Positions 1-13,709 of a stretch of 64,000 nt of DNA are shown one piece after another (positions within the stretch are counted from its first letter, which is position 1; every line of letters starts with the position of its first letter). The stretch lies in assembly GCF_009914755.1 (NCBI RefSeq), contig NC_060929.1; one strand, written 5' to 3'. The stretch is from the human T2T-CHM13v2.0 reference genome, Homo sapiens. The translations under genes were made by a program, and so were the position numbers. Below the pieces are notes generated by a model. The model ran no database searches and was not told the DNA's origin. It was given only the letters and a program-made list of their open reading frames with translations.

Positions 1-75
1 AAAATTAAATTAGATTATGCATGTGAACAACTTATCAGAGTGCTTGGCACATTTCAGGTGTTCAACGAATACTTC
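1..75 (+). mobile_element. MIR SINE 3' fragment
   Basis: attaaattagattatgcatgtgaa...agagtgcttggcacatt...gttcaacgaat resembles the MIR 3' consensus (GATTAAATGAGATAATGCATGTAAAG...GTGCCTGGCACATAG). Confidence 0.6.
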
Positions 76-146
76 TGATACTAAAAAGAAAAATGAAGTT
101 AAAGATACCATTCTATGAATACATAGCTATAAAGTAACAAGACTGA

Positions 147-516
<370 letters not shown>

Positions 517-1267
517 ATAGCTATTTTTTATATAAAAGATGCAGGGGTTAGGAAATGATTTTCAATTATAGCTAACATAAATTTCTCAATAAATTAGGTT
601 AAAAGAGTACCCACTTATTACATTATCTCAAGTTAATCTCTATTACAAGATCCTCCAAAGAGAAAAAGTATCATCTTTTTGAATTCTGGAGAAATCCAGC
701 CAATTCAGTCTTCTCAGCCAAGATGGAAGCCCTCCCTCTTCCTTTCAATTCAGTGGAGTCTCAGATCCGCAAGTATGATCTACTACCATGGTGTCTGGGA
801 AAGAGGTGCTGGTTCCTTGGTGGTCATAGTCTGCTCTGATTCCTCCGCTCTATCTGCATCCCTGTCTAATGCGATGGCGTTTCCGTCTCCAGTTACTGAT
901 CGTGGAGCCTCTCCAGGACTACAGGCTCTTCCTCAGCGGCTGCCAAGCTCCTCTTAGGGAAGCCGGGGAACTTCTGAATGCCCAAGTATACCCTGCTGGA
1001 GGCACAGGAATCCTCTTGGAAGCTTTGTCTGGACATGCTTTAATACCGTCCATTTCTACTGTTGCCATACCAAGCCGCTACTGGTCACCACTGTAAATCT
1101 TTCTGCTGTTTTTTATAACCACAAAGTATAGCACAATTTCTGTCTGCTTTCATGCACCTAAAACTATTGTGGTTTTTGCCTTTCCCGGTCTCATTAGCTA
1201 AAACAAAGAGTTGATAAAGGCACAGGCCCTTTCTCAAGAAACAAAATGTTGTCTGTCTTCTTTCTGC

Positions 1268-2517
1268 AGTGAAACAGAATGTAAAGTCCAGAAATAAACG
1301 TGTAATTAAATAATTGTGTTTTTTTTGACAAAGATACTAACACAATTTAATAGGGAAACGGCAGCATTCTCAATAAATCATGTGAAACTAGATACTAATT
1401 CACTCAATAAACAAGGGTTAATTTGAGATGTAGCATAGGTCTGAACATAAAAGTTTCTAGGAGAAAATGTTGGTGACTGTTTTTCAGGCTGTGGGATGAG
1501 CAAATATTTCTTACACTGAACACAAAAAGCACTAACCACAAAAAATACCCAAAAATATTTTTTAATCAAAATTAAAATAATTTGCTCATAAACACCAGTA
1601 AGACAATGAAAAAGCAAGCTGCATGCTGCTAAAAAAAATTGACAGCACGTGTATTGATAAAATGTGTCCATCATATATAATAAAGTTCACAACTGAATAA
1701 TAAAAAGGAAAACAACCCGATAAACCTGAAAATAATTTTGAAGGGACACTTCACGCAAGAGGAAATGCACAAATAACAGGAATTCTCAATAGCCTTACTC
1801 ATCAGTGAAATGCAAATTAAAATCACAATGAGACACTGCTACATATGCAACAGAGTACGTAAAATTATAGAGACTGATAGTGCCAAATGTTTCTATGAAT
1901 ATGAAACAGTGGGGATTCTCATTCAATACTGGTATGTGCATAACAGAAATAACTTCTTTGGAAAATATTTTCTGGGTTTCTTATGTAGTAAAACGTAGAC
2001 CTCTACTGTGACTCAGCAATTTTTATACCTAGGAACATATCCATGATTAATGAAAATAAATATTCACAAAAATGCTTATACAAAAACGTTCCAGGCATTT
2101 TTACTCCTAATAGCCAAATCTGCAGTAAAGCAAATGTTAGTAAACAGAAGAATGGATAAGAAAAATGTGATACATGCATACAGTGGAGTATTACTTAGCA
2201 ATAAATTATAAATACAACAACATGGATGGATCACACAAAAAATTATGCTGAGTAAACAAAGTCAGATTCTACATATTATAGTATGATTCCATTACAGGAA
2301 ATTGAAGAATAGGAAGACTGATCTCTATGTTGACAATAAGAAGAATAGTGTTCTCTGAGTGTCAAAACCTTGTTTGTAAAAGGCACAAAGTAACCGTCTA
2401 GAATAATAGGAATGTTGGCTATCTTTATTGGGCATAGGACAAAATTGTGTAGACTTGTCAAAGCTGTTCAGGCTCACATTTGATATTTGTGCATTTCATT
2501 TCATATTTCAATAAAAT
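1268..2517 (+). mobile_element. Ancient L1 (L1MC/L1ME-type), ORF2 end plus 3' UTR
   Basis: gaaacagaat..ccagaaataaac..tttgacaaag; atgcaaattaaaatcacaatgagac; ends tgtgcatttca...caataaaa. Confidence 0.85.
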
Positions 2518-3164
2518 AATGTAGAAATTTCTTGAATTGGAAAAAAAAATTGTGAGTCTGGGTAGCCATAAAGTAGATGTCTTTTGAGTAAACCTGGGTG
2601 ATATTCAGTGATTTATTTAATTGCCAAATTTTTAATTGAAAGAGTACTATGAAATTTTCTTGACATTTATGCCCCAAAGTTGATTTATGATTTTTGAAGT
2701 TTGTTTATGTAAAAGGCGACTTAGACCTTTTGTATATAACACAAACTTATAGATAAGAATAAATAATTGGAAGTGATACAATGATTGGAGAGAAGCAATT
2801 ACATTAATTCAAAAAACAGTATTTAGAACTAAACCTTTATTTATTTATTATTTGATATCCAGGGTTCTCTTCTCCTAGAAGGGCTATATCACAAAGTGGG
2901 CACTCATTTTTCAAAAATGCCCTTGAGAATATTCTCATATTACATAATACATGTAGATAAATAAAATTTTTAAAACACCTGGGAATATATAGTGCTTAGG
3001 TATGTAAAGACCATTTGGATATAGTTCTCTGTATTGAAAACCAAGCAATTTATTTTTTCTCAGTATCATTGGGTGACCAGTCATGAGATAGGAGTTCAAG
3101 AATACTGTAGTAAGCATGATATTGAGATAGAATGTAAGTTCAATTTATTAATAATAGTGGAATT

Positions 3165-4136
3165 TGTTCAGATTCTTCAATTGCAACAACTCAAATAACA
3201 TACAAAATAAAACATTTTGTTTAGTGCAACTGTAAGTTTCAAGGCCAGTGAAGTTTCAGGAAACGGGTAAACTTAAATGATACTATTGACCTAAAGTCAG
3301 TCGTCTCTCCCCTTTCCCTTTTTCCCTCCCATCTCCTAGTGCAGTTCATCTTACTCATGCGTTATTTTGGGTTTGGATTTTCTGTTTTAATCAGATTTTA
3401 CTTCCAGAGGCCAGGCACAGTGGCTTATGCCTGTAATCCCAGCACTTTGGGAGGTTGAGGCGGGTGAATCATCTGAGGTCAGGAGTTCGCCACCAGCCTG
3501 GCCAACATGGTGAAACCCCATCTCTACTGAAAAAAAAAAAAAAAATACAAAAATTAGCTGGGCATAGTGGTGGGCGCCTGTAATACCAGCTACTCGGGAG
3601 GCTGGAGCAGAGAATCACTTGAACTTGGGACGCGGAGGTTGCATTGAGCCAAGATCGGGCCACTGCACTCCAGCCTGGGCGACAGAGCAAGACTCCGTCT
3701 CAAAAAAAAAAAAAAGGAAAAAAAGATTTTACCTCTAGAGAGATGAGAGGTAACAGAAGGGAGTTTCACATTTTTAGATTTGATAATCCAGGAAGAGAGA
3801 GAAAACTTCTCTCTCTTTCCTTACGCAAAGATCCTATAGGCGGATTGTAATTGTCCTGGATTGAGTCATATGACCATCTCAGAATTAATAAATTTGGCCA
3901 GATAGGTGAAGTCATATAATTGATAGAGCTTGTGTCACATGTTAACCACATGAAGGAGAGACAGACTTGGGAAGAGAAGGTGGAATGGGAGTTGGGCACT
4001 TGAGTAGTGATTGGTAGCTGCTCCAGGACCACATATAATGAAGAGAAGTCAGTTAACCTAGGTCATAAAGGAAATATTATCAGAATAATTGAACTAGGGA
4101 TGCTAGGTAGATCAGAATAGCAGATATATGCAACAA
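3165..4136 (-). mobile_element. MLT1K/L-type MaLR solo LTR, split by an Alu
   Basis: ttgcaacaactcaaat...gtttcaggaaacggg; ggattgagtcatatgaccatctc; gggatgctaggtag...caaca match the old MLT1 reverse consensus. Confidence 0.6.
3409..3723 (+). mobile_element. Alu (AluSx-like) with TSD
   Basis: ggccaggcacagtggctt...A-tail; TSD agattttacttccaga (3393-3408) / agattttacctctaga (3724-3739). Confidence 0.97.
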
Positions 4137-4189
4137 AATTCTGTAAATAATAAGTATTCTGTGTCTGAGTCCAGCAAGTTGACAACAGC

Positions 4190-4884
4190 TGTGTCAGTAA
4201 TATGAAAGGGGGATTTAGTAGAAAAGTTATTAACTAGTAATAGGGATTATATTCTAAGAGGGCCACAGTCTACAGAATGCAGGAATAGTAGATGTAAAGA
4301 AGAACTATTACCTCCAGTGTTGAGGTAGAGCATCTAAAGGAACCAAGTTGGAAAAGGACACTGTGCTTCTCAAAGCTGAGATTCAGAGTTCATTGCAAAG
4401 GGTATGACTGTGGCTGGCCCTCTAGATGGTGGAAATGTTTATTGAGTTGTTTAGGCTAGGAATGGCAGTAAGAAATTCCACACTAGTGTACCTGAGGTAC
4501 TTTTGGCCTACTGGGAACATTAATGAAGCTTATCACCATGCTGCTGGTGAAACTCACCAGGACTCATTCTTCTGGGCAATTGGCAAAACTCACTGGGAAG
4601 CTTCCAAGCAGGATGCTAGAAAAACTTAGCTGTAAACCTCGAGTCTCCTGCACCCCTCCATGCACTGGCAAGGGCACAGCACCTCAGGTGTAAGAAAGCG
4701 AGTACCAGACCAGGAAGGGAAGCCCCTTCATTCTGTAGTGTCCATCCAATAAATACTCTTACTGGTCTAACATTGTGACAACTGATAGAGAAGATATGTT
4801 TACAAGGTCCGGCATCAGTTGCACAAAAGTGAACAAAGAAGAGTAGATTTGGAGCTAAGAGACAATAAGTTGATAACTGACACA
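4190..4884 (-). mobile_element. LTR41-like ERVL solo LTR
   Basis: Reverse complement starts tgtgtcagttatcaacttattgtctcttagctccaaatc...ggaccttgtaaacatat, matching the recalled LTR41 5' end; TG...CA termini. Confidence 0.75.
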
Positions 4885-5049
4885 TGCCATTTTTACCTGA
4901 TCAATCTATATTTTTCTGATCAAGCAATATAGAAAGATGAATCATGCCTGAAAAACAATTTATTGATTTGCCCTAACACCTCACTTGCATAGACCAAAAA
5001 ATACTCAAATCCTATGAAATACTGCCACCATTACTAACTCTACTTCTAA

Positions 5050-5250
5050 TATAACAGCTGCCATTTTTAATATATGCCAATTCTTGTGCCAGATGCTTTA
5101 CATTCACTACCTCATTTAATACTCAAAACAGCTTTATGAGCTGGTACATGTACTAACCCCATATTAGTAAACTCAGAAATGAAGGGCTTAAGGTTGGAAG
5201 AGTAAAAGCACTGAGATTCCAATCCAGGACTATCCATACACCACACATTC
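5050..5250 (-). mobile_element. MIR SINE
   Basis: ataacagctgccatt...tgtgccagatgcttta...ctcatttaatactcaaaacagc..tatgag is the MIR reverse core. Confidence 0.8.
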
Positions 5251-5589
5251 TCGCCAAGTAGGTAACTCTCCTTGAAAGCCCCCAGATTGCTTGTTGGCAT
5301 GGAATCAAAAAAATGGAATACGATGAGCTAAATGTTAAATAACATCAGATGAAGAAAGCTTGGGCAGTTATTTCATCCCATATGTAACGAATGGTCTTGC
5401 AGGAATAGTACTGACCACAACGTGTCAAGAGTTACAAAATTAATTGCCTATAGTAGACTGGTGGATAATGCTTCACAGTGAAGTAATACTGTAATAAATT
5501 GTCAGGCATTCATGGAGACTGGAGAGTGCATGCCGTGTGGAATGGGGCTATTGCTCCTCAGTCGCACTGATGACCAGACTAGAAAATAA

Positions 5590-5760
5590 AACCATATCAT
5601 CCTGATTTTTCAGGAAAAGGAAAAAAAAATAGAATGTTTATGTGAAATCTCCTATTTAAAAAGAATATTGTCAATGAATTAAAATATTTTAAAAGGCACT
5701 GTGAGAACCAAAAAATACGTCAGCAGTGCCCTGTGGTTAACCAGTTTGATATCTGTGTCC
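5590..5760. mobile_element. hAT-Charlie DNA transposon fragment (MER102-like)
   Basis: tttatgtgaaatctcc...cactgtgagaaccaaaaaatacgtcagcag...ccagtttg resembles the recalled MER102 end. Confidence 0.5.
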
Positions 5761-6049
5761 TGTATTTATCTCAGAATAGACACACCTCTTGTCACTGGGA
5801 CAAGTTGAAGGTGCCCTGCCCTCTTGATAATGATTGGATGGACACTGCCAGGGTTTGCTTCTGTGATTACTACTCTTAAATCCAATCTACCTCCACTGCC
5901 ATGTTCTTTTGATCTGATAATACATCCCATCAGGAAATAGAGAACTCAGGCAGGCCTGGAAAGTATTTAGCCTTTTAGTGATTTTTCAAAACTTTGGACT
6001 ACTTCATTATATATTACTCTGTCAGCTAAGCTTCATTATTTTATTATTA

Positions 6050-6430
6050 AAAACTTTGTTAAAAACCAGATGAACATCTATCAAACATTTTAAACATTTT
6101 GTAACTTTATTTATTATCTTTCCTTGTTTTACTAAAGTATTTTAAAATAAATTCCAGATATTGTGGCATTCAAATCTCCCATATTTCAGCATATATCTCT
6201 AAAAAAAATTTTTTAAATCAAACTTATTGCCCCAGTGCCATTAGCCAATCTATTAAAGTTAACAGTATTTCATTTATCCCACAATGTTTCATATTCTGGT
6301 TTTTTTTTTCTCTCTGCTTCCTTGTGGTATTTACTGCATTCCCTTTCCCTTATATTTCTTGTTAATGGATATTAGCTCTAGAAACTTTCGTGGGTTCATG
6401 TTTTAGTAAGAATACTTCGCGGAGGCACTG
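6050..6430 (-). mobile_element. L1MC/L1ME 3' UTR fragment
   Basis: tattttaaaataaattccagatattgtggcattc...atatttcagcatatatctctaaaaa. Confidence 0.55.
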
Positions 6431-7564
6431 GGTGGAGTTTAGCTTTTTGAAATCAATGCTCTTGCTCTCATCTCCTGGTTTGTGGCACTGCAGTTCAGGG
6501 TACTCCCCCAATTAACAACAACCATTTTAGTTTCTTCCACTTCTGAGAGTGTCTTCTTTGAAATCACAAGCAGATAAAGAAAACTCACAGCGGGCTGTTT
6601 GTCTTTGATCTTTCCTTCTTTCTAGCTGTGACCATCAGTCATCCATTGTTTTTTCAGTCCCTGTCTAGGACCTACTCTCATCCTCCCTTCTGAAAGTTTT
6701 CAAAAATTATCTTTCTGCATGCCCAAACAACAGTGCCTTCAGAGCATATGTAACACAGATACACATCAAGAAGGGAATTGAATTTGAAAAAACTGCATCC
6801 CTTAAAACAAATCACCATGGGTCCACCTGCTTTATCTACTGTCACTTCTGTTTTGACATTTGCCAGTGTGCAGGGAGACGCTGGGCTAGGGTCCTTTCTT
6901 CTTCCTTCATCCAAATGCCCTTTGAGAGAATAGTCTGGGAGATTGATGTGTTTTAACAGCTGGGTTGTTATCAGTAGATAAATACTCATTGATATTCAAG
7001 TTTACAATGAGAGTAACTAATATCAATTACCATGGAGAAGGGTAATTCCAACTATTTCTTCTGAGACCACCTTATTTCTCTTGTATTAGGTCAAGAAAAC
7101 ATTCTTCTTGCCTTGTCTTAAGTTACATTATGATAATGTTCTGCCATTAACTGTCAAAGAAGAGAACCATGTATTTTTTTGTTCCCTTTAATTCTTAGGA
7201 TTCCCCTTAGTTGGGCTTAGTCTTAATCTACCCCTTCAAATTTATTGTTCAGAGGAAACCAAGAAACAAACATCAGATTATGTTCAACCTGAGAATTAGT
7301 ATTCAACTGCTTTGGAGAATGAGATTTTTAGACCATTACCACAAATAGATAAGCATATGTGATTTTTCCCCTAATCTCAATTACACATCTTTTGATTCCT
7401 GAATTGCTAGTTTGAACACCATTCTAAATCCTATGTTTAATAAGAGTCTTCATTCTTTCTCTATTGTCTTCTCTTTGGAGTATTGTCCTTTCTGCTAATC
7501 TACGTGCATAGCCTGAGGAACGTACAGAAACTGTGGAAGGAATATTGAGAAAAATATGACACTC

Positions 7565-7935
7565 TATAGCAGTCAGAATGACTGCCATAACAAAATACCA
7601 GACTTGGTGGCTTCACAAACCAAAAAATATTTCTCTCAGTTCTGGAGGCTGGAAGATCAAGGTGTTTGAAGGTTTGGTTTCTCCCAAGTCCTCTCTCCTT
7701 GGCTTGCAGACAGCCAACTTCTCACTGTAGCCTCACGTGGCCTTTTTCTCTGTACTCGAATTACTCTGGTCTATCTCTTCTTATAAGGACACTAGTGATA
7801 CTGGGTTAGAGCCCTACCTTTATTACCTCATATATTCTTATTGACCTCTTCAAAGGTTGTATATTCAAACATAGCCACCTAGGGGGTTAGAGCATCAACA
7901 TATTAATTTAAGGGAACACAATTCAGTTCATAACA
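7565..7935 (-). mobile_element. MLT1B-like MaLR solo LTR
   Basis: ctgccataacaaaatacca...cagttctggaggctggaag...cttataaggacac...acacaattcagttcataaca. Confidence 0.9.
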
Positions 7936-8167
7936 TGCCTTGAGTACTTTTTCTCATCTACAAATTTGTATACAAAATAAACCATCTAACCATCTACACC
8001 ATATTAGCTCCACATTTTGTGTAGGCATGACAAAATCTGAATGTCTGTTTTTTAGCAGACTTGGATAGGAGCCCGTCTTATTTGCAACTGAATCATATTT
8101 ATGTTTGATTATTGCTAACTAGGTGGAAATACTTCAGGGATTTATCCTGAAAGATATAATGTATTTT

Positions 8168-8218
8168 TGTGTATGTGTGTGTGTCTATGTGTGTGTGTGT
8201 GTATGTGTGTGTGTGTGT
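8168..8218. repeat. (TG)n microsatellite, interrupted
   Basis: tgtgtatgtgtgtgtgtctatgtgtg... seen directly. Confidence 0.95.
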
Positions 8219-10224
8219 TTTTTTTCTGGTTTTGATGGCTCGGTAAAGTTATCTACTCTCCTAGCCTGACTTCCTCACAAAGAATGAGCAATATGGATAT
8301 TATTTAAAGACCTGTCTTTATGTCTGAAAATCTATTCTATTCATTCTTTTAGGTTAAGGTTATTAAAAGGACACTACTCTGAAGGATAGAGCATTTTTAG
8401 TCACTTGCCTCTGTGTGTAAATTTTAAATCCTTTCCTTAGTGCATGTATGATGAGTTAGAAAAAGTAATTAGTCATCTTCATAGTTCCTTGAGATTCTAT
8501 AAAAGGGAAGGGTTTGGATATAACCAAGAAATTAAATCAGAGAGAGAGGGTGAGGGGATTGGTAATAACAGCAATAAAATTGGACAGTGTCTGGTATATA
8601 AAAGTCTGAATGAAAAATGAGTGACTCATTGATTGAATTTTATAAAAATTATATCCATTCTCTAATTCCTAATTTAACAAGTGGGCTACAAGACTGTTTT
8701 TGAAAATAACTTTTTTAGATGTTTTAATGTTAATACAGACTATGTATAATTCAAGTTTTTTTTCTCTTTCATTACTAGCTCTATAAAAATCAATATATTG
8801 TTTAGGGTCAAATTTGTATGATTTTTTAAAAAAAAATCTCTCTTCTTAAAAAAGAAGGCTCACATTCTCAAGTTCTGGTGATTGGCTCCAAATTCTCAAC
8901 CTATGGCAAGCTTAATCTTAAACTGTCTTCTGTCTACCACGAGTTAAGACAATTAGCAACCATTTAGAGTAATGAAATTAGACAGTACTCAGGATAAATG
9001 GATGTCTTTGGTTTGCATGACAAGCTGTGACTTAGTGATGAGCGTGAAAGTTTATGTGCCAGACAGAGGGGATTGTCACCTTGATTTTTTTTTTTTTCTT
9101 TTTTGAAGTCTGTCCCAGGCCAGTTCAACTGTTAAATTTCAATTAAACTAAATTTGGTCAGGGAAAAAAAAAAGAAAGATTGGAAATGTAAGTATATTTC
9201 TTTTATCTAGCCTGAGCTGTTGGCAAAGCAAACTGGCTTTTCCATACTTGGCATTTATTAATAATATTTTGAATACCATTGCGCTTTTTAAGCTGAGTGT
9301 GGTGGAATTCTCTTGTGGGATTATTAAATGAGTCGATTTGCATTCTAATGAGAACAAATGTTTGGGATTGCATTGTTAAAATGCTAAAACGGTGTGTGTA
9401 TAATTATTTTGCAGCTTAGATTCGCAGAACTCATTTCCCCAAACTCCTTTTTTTAAATAACTAAAGAGTCAGAGCCTACTGACGGCTGGAGGGGAGGTGA
9501 TTAGGGTAATTTAAACTGTTCACAAATGACTTTGCCACGGAATGAAAGCATTTCTTTGGCTTTGCTCAGCTCCTTTCATTATCTTTAAGCGGCCGCAGTG
9601 TTGAGTCCCATAAGAAGTCCCACCAAGCTCTCTTTCCTTGTACAGTTTCTCATTTGTATTGATTAATCATTTTGTAATTCCATTCTAGGTTGACTTGCTC
9701 ATCTTTAAGGCATTTGCTGCTTTTTCTTTGCTTGTCTATCTTGTAACCGTTATGTTGTCGGTTCTAATACCTTAGCTTTATCACTGCAAGTCAAGCTTTA
9801 AAACATTAATCCTTTCATGCTTTAATTTCATATTCTATTACCAGAATGAATGCAAATACTTTCTTTTTCTCCTTTTTAATCATCTTTACTACAGCTTTTG
9901 CATATGGGCCAATAGTAAACTAAGCTTTTATTATTTACAGTATAACTTTGTTTTTTAAAACAGTTTTTCAACTCTTCTCTTCATAAATTCTGTTGACAAA
10001 ATGCAAATGTTTACTGAAAAAATCTGTAGTCTTAGACTTAATTTGTTGTTGCTAATTTTTAATAAAATACATATATATTGTAAGTGGAGATGATTATGGC
10101 ACTAGTGGTAACAGTAGAAATGTTTCATTATTATAATTTCAAGTATTTGGATTGTTGGCCTTGGCCTGAAGAGTTGATTGTGATGGCAAAGTTTTGGAAA
10201 GATGATTATTTTAGATTTCTTGCA

Positions 10225-10345
10225 CATAGAGCTTGAAGTTGGAAAGAGAAACTAGAGGATTATGGTCTATCCTACTCTTTTTTTGTAGAAAATGACTGAA
10301 TTCTCGAAAAATTAAGTGATTTTTCCCTATGGACAGCAAATAATT
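10225..10345 (-). mobile_element. MIR fragment
   Basis: gttggaaag..actagaggattatggtcta...gtagaaaatgactga...attaagtgattt. Confidence 0.55.
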
Positions 10346-10904
10346 CTTTCATGCATGTTTATTTCAAAAAAGTGAATTAAAACAGAATTGTGTTTATATT
10401 TTGATGACCAATGCTTTATTAGGCTAAATGATGTTTTATGTTTATTCCATAAGGTAAATATTTACATATGTGTTATATGTAATACAAATACAGTTGTTTG
10501 GAAATATGAAAAACGGACATTGCTTTGAAAAATGCAGAAGTGTGAAAATTACGCAGTAAAACGGAATTTTATGATAGTCAGTAATACAATGGAAACAGGT
10601 GGCTTCAGTTAAAATGAATGTTAAAATTTGATAATATTCAAATATAAGGAAAAAGCCAATTAATTAATGTGCTGATGGTTATTCCCTGCTTGAGACATTA
10701 ATTAAAAGCTCATGATAATTGGTGTGAAGACTTTTCATAATTTAAAAATTGGTACTTTTGTTCCAAGTCCAGTTTTGATGGTTTCAAGAACTTAAAAGTT
10801 TTACGAATATGGCATATTTAAAAATACTACTATAGTTACAAAAATAGAAAAGCTTAAATTCTCTTATAACCTTAATTTCCTTCTTGGTAGAGCTTCATAC
10901 TGAG

Positions 10905-11100
10905 AGATCAGTTAGGATTCATTTGGTTGCAGCTGGTAACTAGAAACATGACTCAGACCAGTTAAAATAGGGAAGTGGATTTTTTTTTTTTTTTAAGCAC
11001 AAATAGATAAAAGCCCGGAGGTGGCACCAGTTTAAAATATGCATATCTAGGTTGGTGATCCCATCCCAAGACAGCTTCCTCCCTTGGATCACATGGAAAG
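10905..11100 (-). mobile_element. MLT1 (I/J-type) LTR fragment
   Basis: atcagttaggattc..ttggttgca...taactagaaac is typical of the reverse MLT1 3' end. Confidence 0.45.
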
Positions 11101-13189
11101 AAAAATCGGTAACTATTGGGTAAAAACAGAGAAATGGATGCTTGCAAAGAAGTCTAAGTATATGGAATTATAAGTAGAAGTTTTCAGGTTGTAATATGCT
11201 ACCCAAATTATCATAATAAACATAGAGACAAAAATAGGGGGATCTACTTACTTTATTTCTCACTCTCATATTTCCCCATGTGCTGTCATTATGGGATTCA
11301 TAGGATGGACTGATGAAGGAAAGAGGGCCTGATAAAATGAATTCAAATGAAATAAATTATTCTGTAATCATTTTATTTTCAGGCTTGAGATTCAAGGCAG
11401 ATATACATATCACAAACAATATCTCCTCTTGTGTACAGTAAAATTACCAACTTTGTTCTCTACAACTTTGAATCCTTTAATCTTCCTGTGGATGAACAGT
11501 TCCCCCCTTCTGCCCCCTAAAGCCTTAGTCTGTCATGACCTTTCATACCTGTTTTGTCTTTAGAAACAGCTTTGTAAATGTCACAAGCTTAGGATTCTTT
11601 TTAGAGGCTTTGGGTCTCAGCTCTGTAACCACCGAGTAATCAGATTCGGGTTGGTTGTGGTTCATGATATTTATTGACTGCTAGTTTGGTTTTAGGACCC
11701 TAATGCCATAGGTTGAAGTACCATATTGTCCTATCATGAAGGAAAAGTCAAAGACTATGGGTCTTGTTATTTTCTCTCTCTATATATATGTGTTTTAATT
11801 CCCTGAATTAGCTATAATCTTAATAGTTTTAACTTTACAAATTTTTTTCTGTTGCCATGGAAGAAAACTAAATAAACATAGGCTTTGTCCAGCCTGCACC
11901 AGGATAATATCATCAAAAGATTGAACTCAGAAATGATCAAAACTAGTTCTTCAAATAAAATTGGCAGGAGGGGAAAAATAGATTGCATGTATGCAGGTGC
12001 TAGAAAGCTCTCTTAACTTGCAGAGATCATAAAGAAAAAACTAAAAATGGAAGGACTATTGACTGCAGAAATGCAATATTGCAGATGATAATTACATTTC
12101 AGAGTAGCTAAGAAAAATTATTATTCCTGAGAATATTAACTTAAGTTTCAAAATAAGTTAAGATTAAATATTTAATAGTACTGATAAACCATGTGATTGC
12201 ACAGAATGTACAAAAGCCTTCATGGTTAGGAATTTTACACAAGAGTGAGAATCTGTCCATACTGGGCAAAAGTGAAGATTATACTGGAGTAAACACTATT
12301 GAAGTTGATTAAGCAGCTCAGCCGTTGCATGAATGCAGAGAAATGTACTGCCCTGAAAATCTTTCTAATTGAGCAGGTGTGTTTTTCAAAAGGTTGTTCA
12401 TTAAGTGGATTTTATTGTTTGTGTGTGTATGTGTGTGTATGTTTGAATACATACTTTAGGATTGCCAAATGGCTCTTGATATTTTTGTGTTTAAAAATAT
12501 ACATAAATTTCCTGGCAAACATGAAAATCCTGGGGTATTTAGATGGAAATCTACATTTCTGTTTCTTTTGCATCTAAGGGGAAAAATAGAGGAGCAATTT
12601 TGTTTTAAAAAATTCATATTATTGTTTTTCCTTTGCTTCAGGGCTTTACGAAAATTGAAATTTTGCCAAAGCAGTGCTAATGAATTTACCAAAATATTAA
12701 AGGGAATTCAGAACTCTGACAAGATTGACTTGCAATGGGTATTAATCTTGACAAAGCTTATTTCTGTAGTTGTAATAAATGTAATTATTCACAAATATAT
12801 TCATTGTGCTTTTCTGTTTTAAAAAATTTCTCTTTGCTTCTTTCTCCCCAAGATTAAAATGCTTGGTAACACTATAAAGGTGTTTAGCTAGTTTAGGAAT
12901 ATACTACCCTTCTGTAAGACATGGAAAAATAAAGCTTCAGTGAAAACAAATAAATGAATACACTTAGGAAAAATTAATCCCAAGTGGTTTTATAAGTTAC
13001 TGGGCTCAAAATTACAAACTATGAACTACGAGGGGATTTTAAAAGCCATTGTGAACCACTGGCACAATGTTCTACTTTAGGCAAAAGCCAAAAAATATAC
13101 GCAGCATATTGAAAGTAAAACAGAAAAATCAAAACCATATATTTTTCCATTGCTTTTATGCTTTAAAATTTTGAGAATACTTTGACATA

Positions 13190-13370
13190 TATTCTTTTAA
13201 TATGATCACAAAATTTTCCTGTGTTTAAAATTTATGAATGTTTGTCATTTTACAGATTAAGAAACAAAGGTATAATGATATTAAGTTACTATGCGAAACC
13301 ACATAGACTGTCATAGGTTGATCCAACACTTGAACACATGTTTCTGTGCCATTTCTATTGTACTGAACTG
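13190..13370 (-). mobile_element. MIR fragment
   Basis: cattttacagattaagaaacaaagg...ttaagttact is the MIR reverse core. Confidence 0.65.
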
Positions 13371-13709
13371 TTTCCCAGATTGTCATAATCATGGCAGATC
13401 AGATTAAAGGCACAATCAATCTAAAGAAAGTGTAGAAAACACAACAAAAAGATCTGGGAATTGACAAGGGATATTGTAAATGTCTAGCATCATGTATTAA
13501 TCAATTGGTAAATAAATGTGTATCAAATCCTAAATTAGGTACATGATGTAAATAAATGAATAAATAAATAAGGACATAGGATTACCCCTTATATAACTCA
13601 TGAATAATTAGGAAGAAAAACCATGTGTAATAGAAAAACAGTTCAAGAGATTTGGCTGTAAGAGTTTGAGAGTAGAACCTTGGGAGAGATAAAATGATTT
13701 ACAGCATAA

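Noticed and set aside
850-920. Minus-strand peptide STISNWRRKRHRIRQ, reminiscent of a homeodomain or HTH helix
   Set aside because: Only ~22 codons between stops, with no other domain residues; likely chance
11675-11735. Weak resemblance to a tRNA-derived SINE head (MamSINE/tRNA-Ile-like)
   Set aside because: The alignment needs many gaps and there is no cloverleaf or clear A/B boxes; an HMM search is needed
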